A program made the translations under genes and the position numbers. This document shows positions 46,401 to 55,701 of a stretch of DNA of 64,000 nucleotides, piece by piece (position 1 is the stretch's first letter; each line of letters starts with the position of its first letter). Origin of the DNA: an uncultured Actinomycetes bacterium (GTDB lineage Bacteria > Actinomycetota > Thermoleophilia > Gaiellales > JAICJC01); the NCBI GenBank assembly GCA_963706075.1, contig CAVPLP010000001.1, positions 912,392-976,391 of the forward strand, given 5' to 3'. The notes beneath the pieces are model-generated. The model had not been told where the DNA came from and ran no database searches. It was given only the letters and a program-made list of their open reading frames with translations.

Positions 46401-47701
46401 GCGGCTTCGAGTCGCGCGCGGCCGCGGCGCTCGCCGATCCGCACAAGCGGGCCAACGTGCCCCGGTTCGCCGAGCGGGCGGCCGACAACCGCGTCCGCGG
46501 GCTCGGCGGCGTCGACTTCGAGGCGCTCCGCGCGGCAGGCGAGGCGGCCCGGTCGCGTGCGATCGCCGACCTTCCGGCGCTCCTCGACTCGCTCCAGGAG
46601 AAGCTGGAGGCGGCGGGTGCCGTCGTCCACCGGGCGCCCACGGGGGCCGATGCGGCGGCCTACGTCACCGACGTCGTCCTCCGTCACGGCCGGATGGCGG
46701 TCAAGGGCAAGTCGATGGCGGCCGAGGAGATCGGCCTGAACGAGCGCCTCGAGGCTGCCGGAGTCGAGGTCGTCGAGACCGACCTCGGCGAGTTCATCGT
46801 GCAGACCGCCGGCGAGGCGCCCGAGCACATCATCATCCCGGCCATCCACAAGACGACCGATCAGGTGCGTGAGCTGTTCGAGCCGCTCGCGGGACGCCCG
46901 ATCGGCGACGACCCGGCCGAGCTCACCGCGTTCGCCCGCGACCACCTGCGAAGCCGCTTCCTCGAGGCGCCGGTCGGGATCACCGGCGTCAACTTCGCGG
47001 TCGCCGAGACCGGCACGATCGTGCTCGTCACGAATGAGGGCAACGGCCGCATGTGCTCGTCGCTCCCTCCGGTGCACATCGCGATCATGGGGATGGAGCG
47101 CGTCGTCGCCGACCTGGCCGATCTGGCGGTGCTCCTGCCGCTCCTCACCCGCTCCGGGACGGGCCAGAAGATCACCTCGTACGTCACGCTCCTGAACGGC
47201 CCTCGCCGGGGCGACGAGGAGGACGGGCCCGAGGAGATGCACGTCGTGATCCTCGACAACGGCCGCTCTCGCGTCCGCGAGACGCCGTACCGGAGCGTGC
47301 TCAACTGCATCCGCTGCGGCGCCTGCCAGAACGTCTGCCCCGTCTACCGCCAGGTCGGCGGGACCGCCTATGGGTGGGTGTACGGGGGCCCGATCGGCGC
47401 CGTCCTGACGCCGCTCCTGCACGGCGACCAGGAGCTGGGGCACGCCTCGTCGCTGTGCGCCGCGTGCGACGACGTGTGCCCGGTCAAGATCCCGCTGCAC
47501 GAGCTGCTCCTCGGGCTGCGCCGCGACCGCGCCGCCGACTCGGCCGGCCTGCTCGAGCGGCTGGCGTTTCGCCTGTGGAGCTTCGCCTGGAGCCGGCCCC
47601 GGCTCTTCCGGCTCACGGTCCGGCTGGCCGGGCGGGCCCGCGGGCCGCTTCCGCTCCTTCGCCGCTGGACGCGGACGCGAGACCTCGAGGTGCACAGGTG
47701 A
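46397..47701 (+). CDS. lutB: LutB-like iron-sulfur lactate-utilisation protein
   Basis: GTGA overlap. LUD domain plus 4Fe-4S motifs CIRCGACQNVCP and CAACDDVCP. Confidence 0.9.
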   Translation: MSGFESRAAAALADPHKRANVPRFAERAADNRVRGLGGVDFEALRAAGEAARSRAIADLPALLDSLQEKLEAAGAVVHRAPTGADAAAYVTDVVLRHGRMAVKGKSMAAEEIGLNERLEAAGVEVVETDLGEFIVQTAGEAPEHIIIPAIHKTTDQVRELFEPLAGRPIGDDPAELTAFARDHLRSRFLEAPVGITGVNFAVAETGTIVLVTNEGNGRMCSSLPPVHIAIMGMERVVADLADLAVLLPLLTRSGTGQKITSYVTLLNGPRRGDEEDGPEEMHVVILDNGRSRVRETPYRSVLNCIRCGACQNVCPVYRQVGGTAYGWVYGGPIGAVLTPLLHGDQELGHASSLCAACDDVCPVKIPLHELLLGLRRDRAADSAGLLERLAFRLWSFAWSRPRLFRLTVRLAGRARGPLPLLRRWTRTRDLEVHR

Positions 47702-48087
47702 TCGAGGAGTTCACGCGGGAGCTCGAGGCCGTCGGAGGGCACGTCCACCACGGCCGCGCCGCGCTCGAGGAGCTTGCCGGCGAGGGCGTCTCGGTGACGC
47801 CGTGCCTGGCCCTGATCGCCGAGACGGGGACCGCGGTCGTCTCGGCCCGGCTCTCGGCCGGGCGCCGCCGGGGGCTGGTCGACCCCGTGCACGTCATCGA
47901 GGCGACTCCCGGGCAGCTCGTCCCCGACCTCGCGGCCGCGCTTCGGGTCATCGGCCCCGAGCTGGCGGCGTCGTCGGCGGTCACGCTCGTCACGGGCCCG
48001 AGCCGCACGGCCGACATCGAGCAGAACCTGATCCGGGGTGTGCACGGGCCGGGCGAGGTGCATGTGGTATTCGTGGAGCCGTCGTGA
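47698..48087 (+). CDS. lutC: LutC-like (LUD/DUF162) protein, unusually short
   Basis: GTGA overlap. 129 aa with C-terminal TGPSRTADIEQNLIRGVHGP. Typical LutC is roughly 200-240 aa. Confidence 0.65.
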   Translation: MIEEFTRELEAVGGHVHHGRAALEELAGEGVSVTPCLALIAETGTAVVSARLSAGRRRGLVDPVHVIEATPGQLVPDLAAALRVIGPELAASSAVTLVTGPSRTADIEQNLIRGVHGPGEVHVVFVEPS

Positions 48088-49136
48088 GCGCCGCCCCCTC
48101 GACCGAGTTCCTCTATCTGAGCCAGGAGGACGTCGTGGCGGCGGGCGGCACCGACATGGCCGCGATGATCGACGTGATGTCCCGCGCGTTCGCCGTCAAG
48201 GCCGACGGCGGGGTCTTCATGCCGCCCAAGGTGATGATCACGTGGTCGGACGGGCCGGGCACCGAGGAGCGCGACGGCCGGATCATGGCGATGCCCGCCT
48301 ACATCGGCGGCGAGTTCGACGTCGCCGGCCTCAAGTGGATCCCGAGCGTCCCCCAGAACCCGGAGCGAAACGGCCTCCCGCGCGCCAACGCGCTCATCCT
48401 CCTGTCCGACCGGGCGACGGGCCTTCCGCTCGCGGTCATGGACGGGACGGTGGTGAGCGCGATGCGCACCGGCGCGGTCACCGGGCTCGCGGTTCGGCAC
48501 CTCGCCGTCCCGGGCTCGCGGGTCGCCTGCCTCCTGGGCGCTGGCGTCCTCGCCCATACGCAGCTCGACGCCCTCCGGATCGCGATGCCCGAGCTGGCCG
48601 AGGTGCGGGTCTACGACCCGCGCGCCGAGCGGTGCGCCGCGTTCTGCGCCGCGCGGGCGGCCGCGACCGGCCTCGACGTCCGACCCGCGGCCACGGCGGA
48701 GGCCGCCGTTCGCGGCGCGGCGGTCGTCGTGCCGGCCACGATGGCGGTCGACCCCACGTTCGCGCCCGAGTGGCTCGACGAGGGCGTGACCGTCGTGCTC
48801 GTGTCGAGCCTCGACGGGCCGATCGACCTGCACGCGGCGACCGACCTCCTGGTCGTCGACGACTGGGTGCACGAGTCCACGCACGAGGGCCGCTACGCCC
48901 AGCGGCTGGTCGCCGCGGGCGTGCTCGACGGCGGAGGCGGCGGCGTGGCGGAGCTCTGCGACGTCGTCACCGGCCGCCACCCCGGCCGTGCCGCCGCGCA
49001 CGACCGGGTGGTCGTGAGCCCGGTCGGCCTCGCGATGGACGACGTCACCGCGGCCAAGCACGTGCTCGACCGGGCCGTCGACGCCGGCCTGGGGACGACT
49101 CTCAGGCTGCGCTCGGGCCCCCCGGTCTGGGAGTGA
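48084..49136 (+). CDS. Ornithine cyclodeaminase/mu-crystallin family enzyme
   Basis: GTGA overlap. AMPAYIGG…GLKWI, TAMRTGA-type (SAMRTGAVTG), Rossmann GAGVLA. Confidence 0.85.
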   Translation: MSAAPSTEFLYLSQEDVVAAGGTDMAAMIDVMSRAFAVKADGGVFMPPKVMITWSDGPGTEERDGRIMAMPAYIGGEFDVAGLKWIPSVPQNPERNGLPRANALILLSDRATGLPLAVMDGTVVSAMRTGAVTGLAVRHLAVPGSRVACLLGAGVLAHTQLDALRIAMPELAEVRVYDPRAERCAAFCAARAAATGLDVRPAATAEAAVRGAAVVVPATMAVDPTFAPEWLDEGVTVVLVSSLDGPIDLHAATDLLVVDDWVHESTHEGRYAQRLVAAGVLDGGGGGVAELCDVVTGRHPGRAAAHDRVVVSPVGLAMDDVTAAKHVLDRAVDAGLGTTLRLRSGPPVWE

Positions 49137-50335
49137 AGGGCGTCCTTCTGCGCTCGCGCGACGGGCGCAGGTTCCTCGTCGCGCAGCTGATGGACTCGAT
49201 GGCGGGCGGGCTCAGCCTGGTCGTCCTGCCCTGGATGGTGCTCGACGCGGGCGGCTCCCGCTCGCTCGCCGGCGCCGCGTTCCTGATCGCGACGATCCCG
49301 TACCTCGTGCTCGGCCTGCACGCGGGCGAGCTTGGCGACCGCAGGGGACGGCGCCGGATCATGGTGTCGGCGGCCGTGCTCCAGGCCGTGGCCGCGTGCG
49401 TGCTTCCGCTGACCGTCGCCGTCGGCCCGGCGGCCAGTGACCTGCCCCTGGCGCTCATCTTTGCCGCCGGCATGGGCGTGACCGCCGGCCGCGTGTTCGT
49501 CGATGCCGCGGCGTTCGGCGCGACCGCGCGGCTCGTGGGCGATGAGCACTTCGTCGAGGGGCAGGCCAATCTCTCGCTCGTCTGGTCGCTCGGCTTCCTG
49601 ATCGGCCCCGCGCTCGGCGGCGGCCTGATCGGGCTCGTCGGCGCGGTTGAGGCGCTGTGGGTCGAGGCGGCGGGGTTCGCCCTGGCGGCCGTGCTCCTGG
49701 CGTCGATCCGCACGGAGCTCGGCCCCGAGGCCGCGGAGGGCGCCCGCCGGGCGGGCGTCCTCTCGGGCGTCGAGGTCGTCGCTCGCGACCGCACGCTCCG
49801 CCGGCTCACGTCGGTCAGCATGGCGTGGAACCTCACCGTGAACGTCTTCTACGCCCTCATGGTGGTGTTTCTGCGGACACACCTTCACGCGACGGGGCCG
49901 GAGGCCGGCAGGATGCTGGCCATCGGCGGAGCGGCGGGGCTCGCCGGCGGCGCGCTCGCACCGCTGGCCCGCGAGCGCCTCGGCCCGACCGGCGCCCTTC
50001 GGGCCGGCCTCATCGGCTCGGCGGCCGCCTCGGTGGTGCTGGCGCTCGCTCCGGGGCTCGGCGTCGCGACGGCGGCGTTCGCCGGGCTCGAGATCACCGG
50101 CCTGTTCTTCATCACGCTCGTGATCGGCGAGCGCCAGACCCGCGCCGCCCCGGCCCAGCAGGCTCGGGTCGGGATCACCGGGCGCATGGCCGCCCTCCTG
50201 GCGGCCTCGATCGGCGCGGTTGCGGCGAGCGCGCTCGTCGCCGTGATCTCGCCGGGAGGGGTGTTCGTGGTCGCTGCGGCCGCCACGGTGGTGGTCGCCG
50301 CCGTCTCGGTGCCCCTGCTTCGCCTGGAGGGGTAG
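49133..50335 (+). CDS. MFS transporter
   Basis: GTGA overlap. About 12 TM. GELGDRRGRRRIM loop motif. Confidence 0.8.
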   Translation: MKGVLLRSRDGRRFLVAQLMDSMAGGLSLVVLPWMVLDAGGSRSLAGAAFLIATIPYLVLGLHAGELGDRRGRRRIMVSAAVLQAVAACVLPLTVAVGPAASDLPLALIFAAGMGVTAGRVFVDAAAFGATARLVGDEHFVEGQANLSLVWSLGFLIGPALGGGLIGLVGAVEALWVEAAGFALAAVLLASIRTELGPEAAEGARRAGVLSGVEVVARDRTLRRLTSVSMAWNLTVNVFYALMVVFLRTHLHATGPEAGRMLAIGGAAGLAGGALAPLARERLGPTGALRAGLIGSAAASVVLALAPGLGVATAAFAGLEITGLFFITLVIGERQTRAAPAQQARVGITGRMAALLAASIGAVAASALVAVISPGGVFVVAAAATVVVAAVSVPLLRLEG

Positions 50336-50974
50336 CTAGCCGGCCTGCCGGGCCGGCGGCGGCGCGCCCTCGCCGGCGCCCACGTGCGTCGCTCGGAGCG
50401 CCCGGCCGATGTAGCGGAAGACGTGCACCTGGAAGACGACCATCCAGACGGCCGCGACGACCAGATGGGTTCTGGCGATCAGCGAGGTGTGCGCCGGATC
50501 CCAGACGAGCGGCACTCCTGACAGGAGAAGCGGCACGGACGAGATGAGGAGCACGAGCGAGAGGCCCGACGTGAGCGCGTGCCGGCGCTCGGTGCCCTCG
50601 CGCAGGCGGCCCGGCTCGAGCGCGCGCAGCTTGAACGCGATCAGCACGAGGCCGGCGGTCGACGTGAGCGTATGCGTCCACGCCATCGCCGCCGACGGCC
50701 GGTCGTCGCGCAGATCGACCGTGTAGATCAGAAGGCCGGTGACCAGCCCGGTGATGAGCAGGGGCAGGGCGGCGGTCGAAAGCCGGGCTGTCGTGGCCGC
50801 CACGGCGCGGGGTTCTGTCGCCGCCGCCTGCTTCCGGCGGTGCCACTCGGCCAGCTCCTCGTCGGAGAGGTGGGCAGGCGGCAGCCGCATCGCGTAGACG
50901 CCGAACCGGGCCAGAAACCCGAGCCCGACCACCGCAGGCAGGAAGTGCGGGATGTGCAGGAGCACGAACTGCAC
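50336..50974 (-). CDS. Integral membrane protein, 4-5 TM with conserved His (possible b-type haem or DUF4405-like)
   Basis: ORF 50336..51160 trimmed to GTG 50974 to avoid the divergent ctaC. Hydrophobic helices with His residues near the helix ends. No firm family. Confidence 0.45.
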   Translation of the reverse strand: MQFVLLHIPHFLPAVVGLGFLARFGVYAMRLPPAHLSDEELAEWHRRKQAAATEPRAVAATTARLSTAALPLLITGLVTGLLIYTVDLRDDRPSAAMAWTHTLTSTAGLVLIAFKLRALEPGRLREGTERRHALTSGLSLVLLISSVPLLLSGVPLVWDPAHTSLIARTHLVVAAVWMVVFQVHVFRYIGRALRATHVGAGEGAPPPARQAG

Positions 50975-51035
50975 GCGTCCAGCGTAGCTCCACTCCCGTT
51001 GCCCCCGTCCCGCGACCCGCATAAGATGCGCCGCG

Positions 51036-52061
51036 GTGTCAGCGTTTCTGAGAGTTGGATTCGTCGCCGTGGTCCTGGGCGCGCTGGGAGCGCTGGCCGT
51101 CTGGCTCCTGCCGTCGTGGTTCCCGGTCGCGGCGGCCGTGCAGGCCCAACGCCAGGACACGCTCTATTTCTGGCTGATGGTGATGAGCTCGTTCATCTTC
51201 TCGCTCGTCATCGTGTTCCTGGTCTACATGATGGTGAAGTTCCGGGCGAAGCCGGGCGACGACTCCGACGGCGCGCCCATCCACGGGCACACGGGGCTCG
51301 AGATCGTGTGGACGGTCATCCCGATCGTCATCGTGCTCGGCTTCGCCATCTACGGCGCCGCGGCGCTCGGCCGGAACGAGGCGCTCGCGCAGGACCGGCT
51401 GATCGTCGACGTGCAGGGGCAGCAGTTCGCCTGGACGTTCACGTACCCGAGCTACGGCGGGCTCAAGACCGGGATCCTGGCCCTCCCGGTCGGCCGCCAG
51501 GTCGAGTTCCGGATCTCCGCGGTCGAGCACGACGTGATCCACTCGCTCTACATCCCGGCGTTCCGGCTGAAGCAGGACGCCGTCCCGGGCGTGCCGCAGA
51601 AGATGATCGCGACGCCCGACCGGCTGGGCACCTACATGGTGACCTGCGCCGAGCTGTGCGGCATCGGGCACAGCCAGATGCGGACGGTCGTGCACGTCCT
51701 GAAGCCGGCCGACTTCGTGGCATGGATCGCGCAGCAGAAGAAGGCAGCCCAGGCGCCTGCGGGCGGCGGCAACACGGATCCGGCGGCGCTCTTCTCGTCG
51801 ACCTGCGCGAGCTGCCACACGTTCACGCCGGCCGGAGCGAAGGGCACGGTCGGCCCCAACCTCGACAACCTGGCCGCCGACGCCGCGAAGTACGGCACCG
51901 GCCAGTCGCCTGAGGACTACGTGAAGGAGTCGATCACCGACCCGGAGAAGGTCGTGGTCTCGGGCTATCCGGGCGGTGTCATGCCCCCGAACTTCGGGAC
52001 GAGCCTGACGGCCGCCCAGATCGACGCGCTGGTCAAGTACCTGTTGGAAGGCGGGAACTGA
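51036..52061 (+). CDS. ctaC: Cytochrome c oxidase subunit II with fused C-terminal cytochrome c domain (caa3-type)
   Basis: CuA site HSLYIP…CAELCGIGHSQM. Haem c site CASCH…M. Confidence 0.9.
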   Translation: MSAFLRVGFVAVVLGALGALAVWLLPSWFPVAAAVQAQRQDTLYFWLMVMSSFIFSLVIVFLVYMMVKFRAKPGDDSDGAPIHGHTGLEIVWTVIPIVIVLGFAIYGAAALGRNEALAQDRLIVDVQGQQFAWTFTYPSYGGLKTGILALPVGRQVEFRISAVEHDVIHSLYIPAFRLKQDAVPGVPQKMIATPDRLGTYMVTCAELCGIGHSQMRTVVHVLKPADFVAWIAQQKKAAQAPAGGGNTDPAALFSSTCASCHTFTPAGAKGTVGPNLDNLAADAAKYGTGQSPEDYVKESITDPEKVVVSGYPGGVMPPNFGTSLTAAQIDALVKYLLEGGN

Positions 52062-52062
52062 A

Positions 52063-54474
52063 TTGGTCGCACATGCCCAGGAGATAGCGGGACCGGTCCA
52101 CCACCACGGCAGCGACGGGCCGAAGCGCAGCGTGTGGCTGCGCGGGAGCTGGGTCCGCGCGATCTGGGTCGCGACGTTCATGGGGCTTGCGGCCGCGGGC
52201 ATCGTCATGGGGATCCGCGACCTCACCGGCCGCACGCCCGCCTACAGCGCCGGCGTCGTCCAGACGTTCGTGATGCTCTTCGCCGGCGTCGGCTTCACCA
52301 TCGGGATCGGCTGCTGGGACTACTGGTGGGGCTACCTGATCGGCCGGCCCACGCCGGAGCACGAGGATCACTCCAACCACGGCGCGTACACGTGGAAGGA
52401 CTACTTCAAGGTCAACACCGACCACAAGGTGATCGGTATCCAGTACCTGGTCACGACGTTCATCTTCTTCATGATCGCCGGCCTCCTGGCCGAGCTGATG
52501 CGGGCCGAGCTCGCAACGCCTGGCCAGCAGTACTTCGCGCCGGGGACGTTCAACGGGCTCTTCTCCGTGCACGCGGCGCTCATGATCTTCCTGTTCGTCA
52601 TCCCGGCGTTCGCCGGCCTCGGCAACTTCGTGATCCCGATCATGATCGGCGCCCAGGACATGGCGTTCCCGCGCCTGAACGCGCTCAGCTTCTGGATGCT
52701 GCCGGTCGCCGGCATGTGCATGGTCTCGTCGTTCCTCGTGGGGCCGTTCGACGCCGGCTGGACGAACTACGTGCCGCTCGCCGTGCACGGGCCGGCCGGC
52801 CAGACGATGTGGGTGATGGGCGTGCAGTTCGCCGGCGCCTCGTCGATCGCGACCGCGGTCAACTTCCTCGTCACGATCGTCACCATGCGCGCGCCGGGGA
52901 TGGGGTTCTGGCGGATGCCGCTCCTGGTCTGGGCGAACCTCGCCACCTCGACGCTGGTCGTCCTCGGGACGCCGTTCATCGCCGGCGCCCAGTTCCAGGT
53001 GCTGTTCGACCGGATCATGCACACCCACTTCTACGACCCGACGCACGGCGGCAACGTCATCGCCTACCAGCACATCTTCTGGTTCTACTCCCACCCGGCG
53101 GTCTACATCATGATGCTGCCCGGGTTCGGGATCATCTCCGAGGTGATCGCGATCCACTCGCGAAAGCCGATCTTCGGCTACAAGCTGATCGCGATCTCGA
53201 CCGTCGCGATCGGCGTCCTCGGGTTCACGGTGTGGGCTCACCACATGTTCGTCTCGGGCATGGCGCCGTGGCTGCGAGTCCCGATGATGTTCACGACGAT
53301 GGCGATCGCCGTCCCGACGGGCATCAAGATGTTCTCGTGGCTCGCGACGATGTGGCGGGGCGTCATCCACCTGAGAACGCCGATGCTGTTCGCATGCGGC
53401 TTCCTGGCGACGTTCGTGGTCGGCGGGCTGTCGGGCATCTTCCTGGCCGTGATCCCGGTCGACATCGCGACATCCGACACCTACTTCGTCGTCGCGCACA
53501 TCCACTACGTGCTCTTCGGCGGCTCGGTGTTCACGATCTACGCCGGCATCTACCACTGGTTCCCGAAGATGACGGGGAAGATGTACGACGAGGGGCTCGG
53601 GAAGCTCCACTTCTGGCTCACCTTCGTCGCGTTCAACGCGACGTTCATGCCGATGCACTGGCTGGGCCTCCAGGGCATGCAGCGGCGGATCGCCGACTAC
53701 CCGGCCCAGTTCGGGACGCTCAACTTCATCATCTCGATCTTCGCGTTCATCCTCGGCGCGTCGACGCTCGTCTTCCTCTACAACATGGCCAACTCGTGGT
53801 GGCGCGGCGAGACGGCGCCGGCCAACCCCTGGCGCGCGCTGACGCTCGAGTGGCAGGTCACCTCGCCGCCGCCGATCTTCAACTTCGACGAGCCGCCGCA
53901 GATCGTCGGCAGCCCCTACGCGTACGGCGTGCCCGGCGCGCGGCACGCCATCGTCACCGTCCACGCGCCGCCCCAGCCGGAGGAGCTGCCGGTGCCGGTC
54001 GCGCTGGCCGTCGCCAGCCGGGAGGAGAGAGAGGCGATCATGAGCGCGCTCAAGCACATCCTGGTCGTGGCCAACCAGACCGTGACCGGCGACCGCCTGA
54101 TCGCCGCCCTGCGCAGCCGCGCCGCGACCGACCCGGTGCGCGTCACCGTGATCTGCCCGCAGAACGACCCGACGGACGCGTGGGTCGTCGACGAGGCCGA
54201 CGTGCGCGCGGCGACGCAGGCTCGGCTCGACGGCACGCTCGCGACGCTCCGGCGCGCCGGGATCGAGGCCAGCGGCTACGTGGTCGAGCGCGACCCGTAT
54301 ACGGCGGTGATGGACGTCGTCGAGGAGGACCCGCCGTCCGAGATCGTCGTCTCGACGCTGCCGCAGACCCGCTCCGGCTGGCTGCGCCGTGACCTGATCG
54401 AGCGGCTGCGCGACGGGACGAAGCTCCCGGTCGAGCACCTCGTCTCGGATGCCCCGGAGGCGCCCCGCCGATGA
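52063..54474 (+). CDS. ctaD: Cytochrome c oxidase subunit I with ~115-aa N-terminal 2-TM extension and ~145-aa C-terminal USP-like domain
   Basis: COX1 core from TDHKVIGIQYL to PPPIFNFDEPP. It continues in frame into MSALKHILVVANQTVTGDRL…VTVICPQ… (USP/adenine-nucleotide alpha-hydrolase-like). TTG start 52063 is uncertain. Confidence 0.85.
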   Translation: MVAHAQEIAGPVHHHGSDGPKRSVWLRGSWVRAIWVATFMGLAAAGIVMGIRDLTGRTPAYSAGVVQTFVMLFAGVGFTIGIGCWDYWWGYLIGRPTPEHEDHSNHGAYTWKDYFKVNTDHKVIGIQYLVTTFIFFMIAGLLAELMRAELATPGQQYFAPGTFNGLFSVHAALMIFLFVIPAFAGLGNFVIPIMIGAQDMAFPRLNALSFWMLPVAGMCMVSSFLVGPFDAGWTNYVPLAVHGPAGQTMWVMGVQFAGASSIATAVNFLVTIVTMRAPGMGFWRMPLLVWANLATSTLVVLGTPFIAGAQFQVLFDRIMHTHFYDPTHGGNVIAYQHIFWFYSHPAVYIMMLPGFGIISEVIAIHSRKPIFGYKLIAISTVAIGVLGFTVWAHHMFVSGMAPWLRVPMMFTTMAIAVPTGIKMFSWLATMWRGVIHLRTPMLFACGFLATFVVGGLSGIFLAVIPVDIATSDTYFVVAHIHYVLFGGSVFTIYAGIYHWFPKMTGKMYDEGLGKLHFWLTFVAFNATFMPMHWLGLQGMQRRIADYPAQFGTLNFIISIFAFILGASTLVFLYNMANSWWRGETAPANPWRALTLEWQVTSPPPIFNFDEPPQIVGSPYAYGVPGARHAIVTVHAPPQPEELPVPVALAVASREEREAIMSALKHILVVANQTVTGDRLIAALRSRAATDPVRVTVICPQNDPTDAWVVDEADVRAATQARLDGTLATLRRAGIEASGYVVERDPYTAVMDVVEEDPPSEIVVSTLPQTRSGWLRRDLIERLRDGTKLPVEHLVSDAPEAPRR

Positions 54475-55082
54475 GCGCCCACGCCGCCACCGCCGACGGC
54501 CACCACGCCGGCGGCGCGTCGGCCTCCGCATATCACGAGAGCCTGCTCAGGTCGCCCGTCTTCCTGGGGATGGTCATGTTCCTCGGCTCGGAGATCATGC
54601 TCTTCGGGTCGTTCTTCACGATCTTCTTCTACATCCGGTTCACGCACACCGCGTGGCCGCCCGCCGGAATCGACCTTCCCGTGGAGGCGACCGGCATCAA
54701 CACGGCGATCCTGATCTCGTCGTCGTTCACGATGCACTGGGCGCTCGTGTCGATCAAGCGCGACCAGCGCTTCGGGCTCATCGTCGGCCTCTTCCTGACG
54801 CTCGCGATGGGGCTGACGTTCCTGAGCCTCCAGGTGCACGAGTACCTGAGCCTCAACTTCACGCCGTCGAACAACGCGTTCGCCTCGGGCTTCTTCTCGC
54901 TCACCGGCCTGCACGGCATGCACGTGTTCGTGGGAGCGACGCTCCTCACCATCGCCTTCGTCCGCGCCTGCCGGGGCCACTACTCCGGTGCCGAGCACAT
55001 CGGCCTCGAGGTGACGGGCCTCTACTGGCACTTCGTCGACGTCGTGTGGATCCTGCTCTACACGGTCGTCTATCTCCTCTAA
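54471..55082 (+). CDS. ctaE: Cytochrome c oxidase subunit III
   Basis: ATGA overlap. FLGSEIMLFGSFF, GLHGMHVFVG, YWHFVDVVW. Confidence 0.9.
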   Translation: MSAHAATADGHHAGGASASAYHESLLRSPVFLGMVMFLGSEIMLFGSFFTIFFYIRFTHTAWPPAGIDLPVEATGINTAILISSSFTMHWALVSIKRDQRFGLIVGLFLTLAMGLTFLSLQVHEYLSLNFTPSNNAFASGFFSLTGLHGMHVFVGATLLTIAFVRACRGHYSGAEHIGLEVTGLYWHFVDVVWILLYTVVYLL

Positions 55083-55130
55083 CGGGGGAAGCCCTTCCTT
55101 AACGGGTGGCGAGGTGTTGGGTCGCGCTCC

Positions 55131-55153
55131 GGCGAAGAAGCGCGGTCTTCGCC
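55131..55153 (+). terminator. Perfect 8-bp GC-rich hairpin downstream of ctaE (no U-tract)
   Basis: ggcgaaga-agcgcgg-tcttcgcc, 49 nt after the ctaE stop. An I-shaped terminator candidate only. Confidence 0.3.
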
Positions 55154-55213
55154 GTCGCCATCAGCGTCGGGTGCTGTGTTGCGAAGTCTGCAACGATTCG
55201 CCGCGACGGTGAT

Positions 55214-55231
55214 ACGGGGTCTGACCCCCGT
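55214..55231. repeat. Degenerate REP-like core (acggggtctgacccccgt)
   Basis: Shares the GGGGTCTGACCCC core with copies 1, 2 and 4. The arms are diverged. Confidence 0.5.
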
Positions 55232-55325
55232 GCGCTTCCGTGGCGCAATCGTGACGCCGGCGTGGCGTCTGGCACCGAATCGTGACCGCCAGCCGCTGTG
55301 CGACCTCGGGTGTATCGTTTGTAAC

Positions 55326-55478
55326 GTGAGTCGGGACCATCAGGACCGCCGGGGATCGCTCGCCTGGAAGGCGGGCCTTGTCGTCGACAGCCTCGGGCCG
55401 CTCGTGCTCGGCGTCATCGTGGTGGCGTTTCTGATCGCCCTGTGGCTTTGGGGCCAGCCACCCATCGGCGACGGCTGA
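55326..55478 (+). CDS. Candidate 50-aa single-TM protein
   Basis: The distal part of ORF 55176..55478 has high GC3 and a TM segment (LGPLVLGVIVVAFLIALWLW). The upstream part of the ORF has intergenic-like GC3 and contains the REP core. Confidence 0.3.
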   Translation: MSRDHQDRRGSLAWKAGLVVDSLGPLVLGVIVVAFLIALWLWGQPPIGDG

Positions 55479-55494
55479 GGCGGCGCGGCCCGGC

Positions 55495-55701
55495 TCAGTC
55501 GAGCTCGCGGTACTCCGCCATGGAGTCCCGCAGCCACAGACAGCCGGCGACGATGGTGATCATCGCTCCGATCGTCACCACGGCCAGTCGCCACAGACGC
55601 GAGTCGGGCACGAAGCCGAACAGGATGAGCGCGACCCCGATCGACGTCACCAGCGGGAGCGCCGACGGCTCGGGGAGGTGGAAGTCCTCGCGGTCAGCCA
55701 T
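55495..55701 (-). CDS. Small 2-TM membrane protein, possibly an oxidase subunit IV (CtaF C-half)-like accessory subunit
   Basis: 68 aa. FHLPEPSALPLVTSIGVALILFG resembles, from memory, the F-x-P-x-S-x-x-P…G segment of actinobacterial CtaF. It is the last gene of the ctaC2-ctaD2-ctaAB string. Confidence 0.5.
   Translation of the reverse strand: MADREDFHLPEPSALPLVTSIGVALILFGFVPDSRLWRLAVVTIGAMITIVAGCLWLRDSMAEYRELD

Noticed and set aside
50333-50338. Convergent MFS and membrane-protein genes abut with TAG|CTA and no spacer or terminator.
   Set aside because: This is a trivial consequence of compact convergent genes. No structure or repeat is associated with it.
54038-54043. ATCATGAGC at the COX1 / USP-like boundary contains the ATGA motif typical of stop/start overlaps here. 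That raised the idea that ctaD really ends at this TGA and the fusion is an indel artefact.
   Set aside because: The frame containing that TGA translates upstream to PSRRSCRCRSRWPSPAGRRERRS, which is non-protein-like. The in-frame linker has normal composition. The fusion is kept as the working call but flagged for read-level verification.
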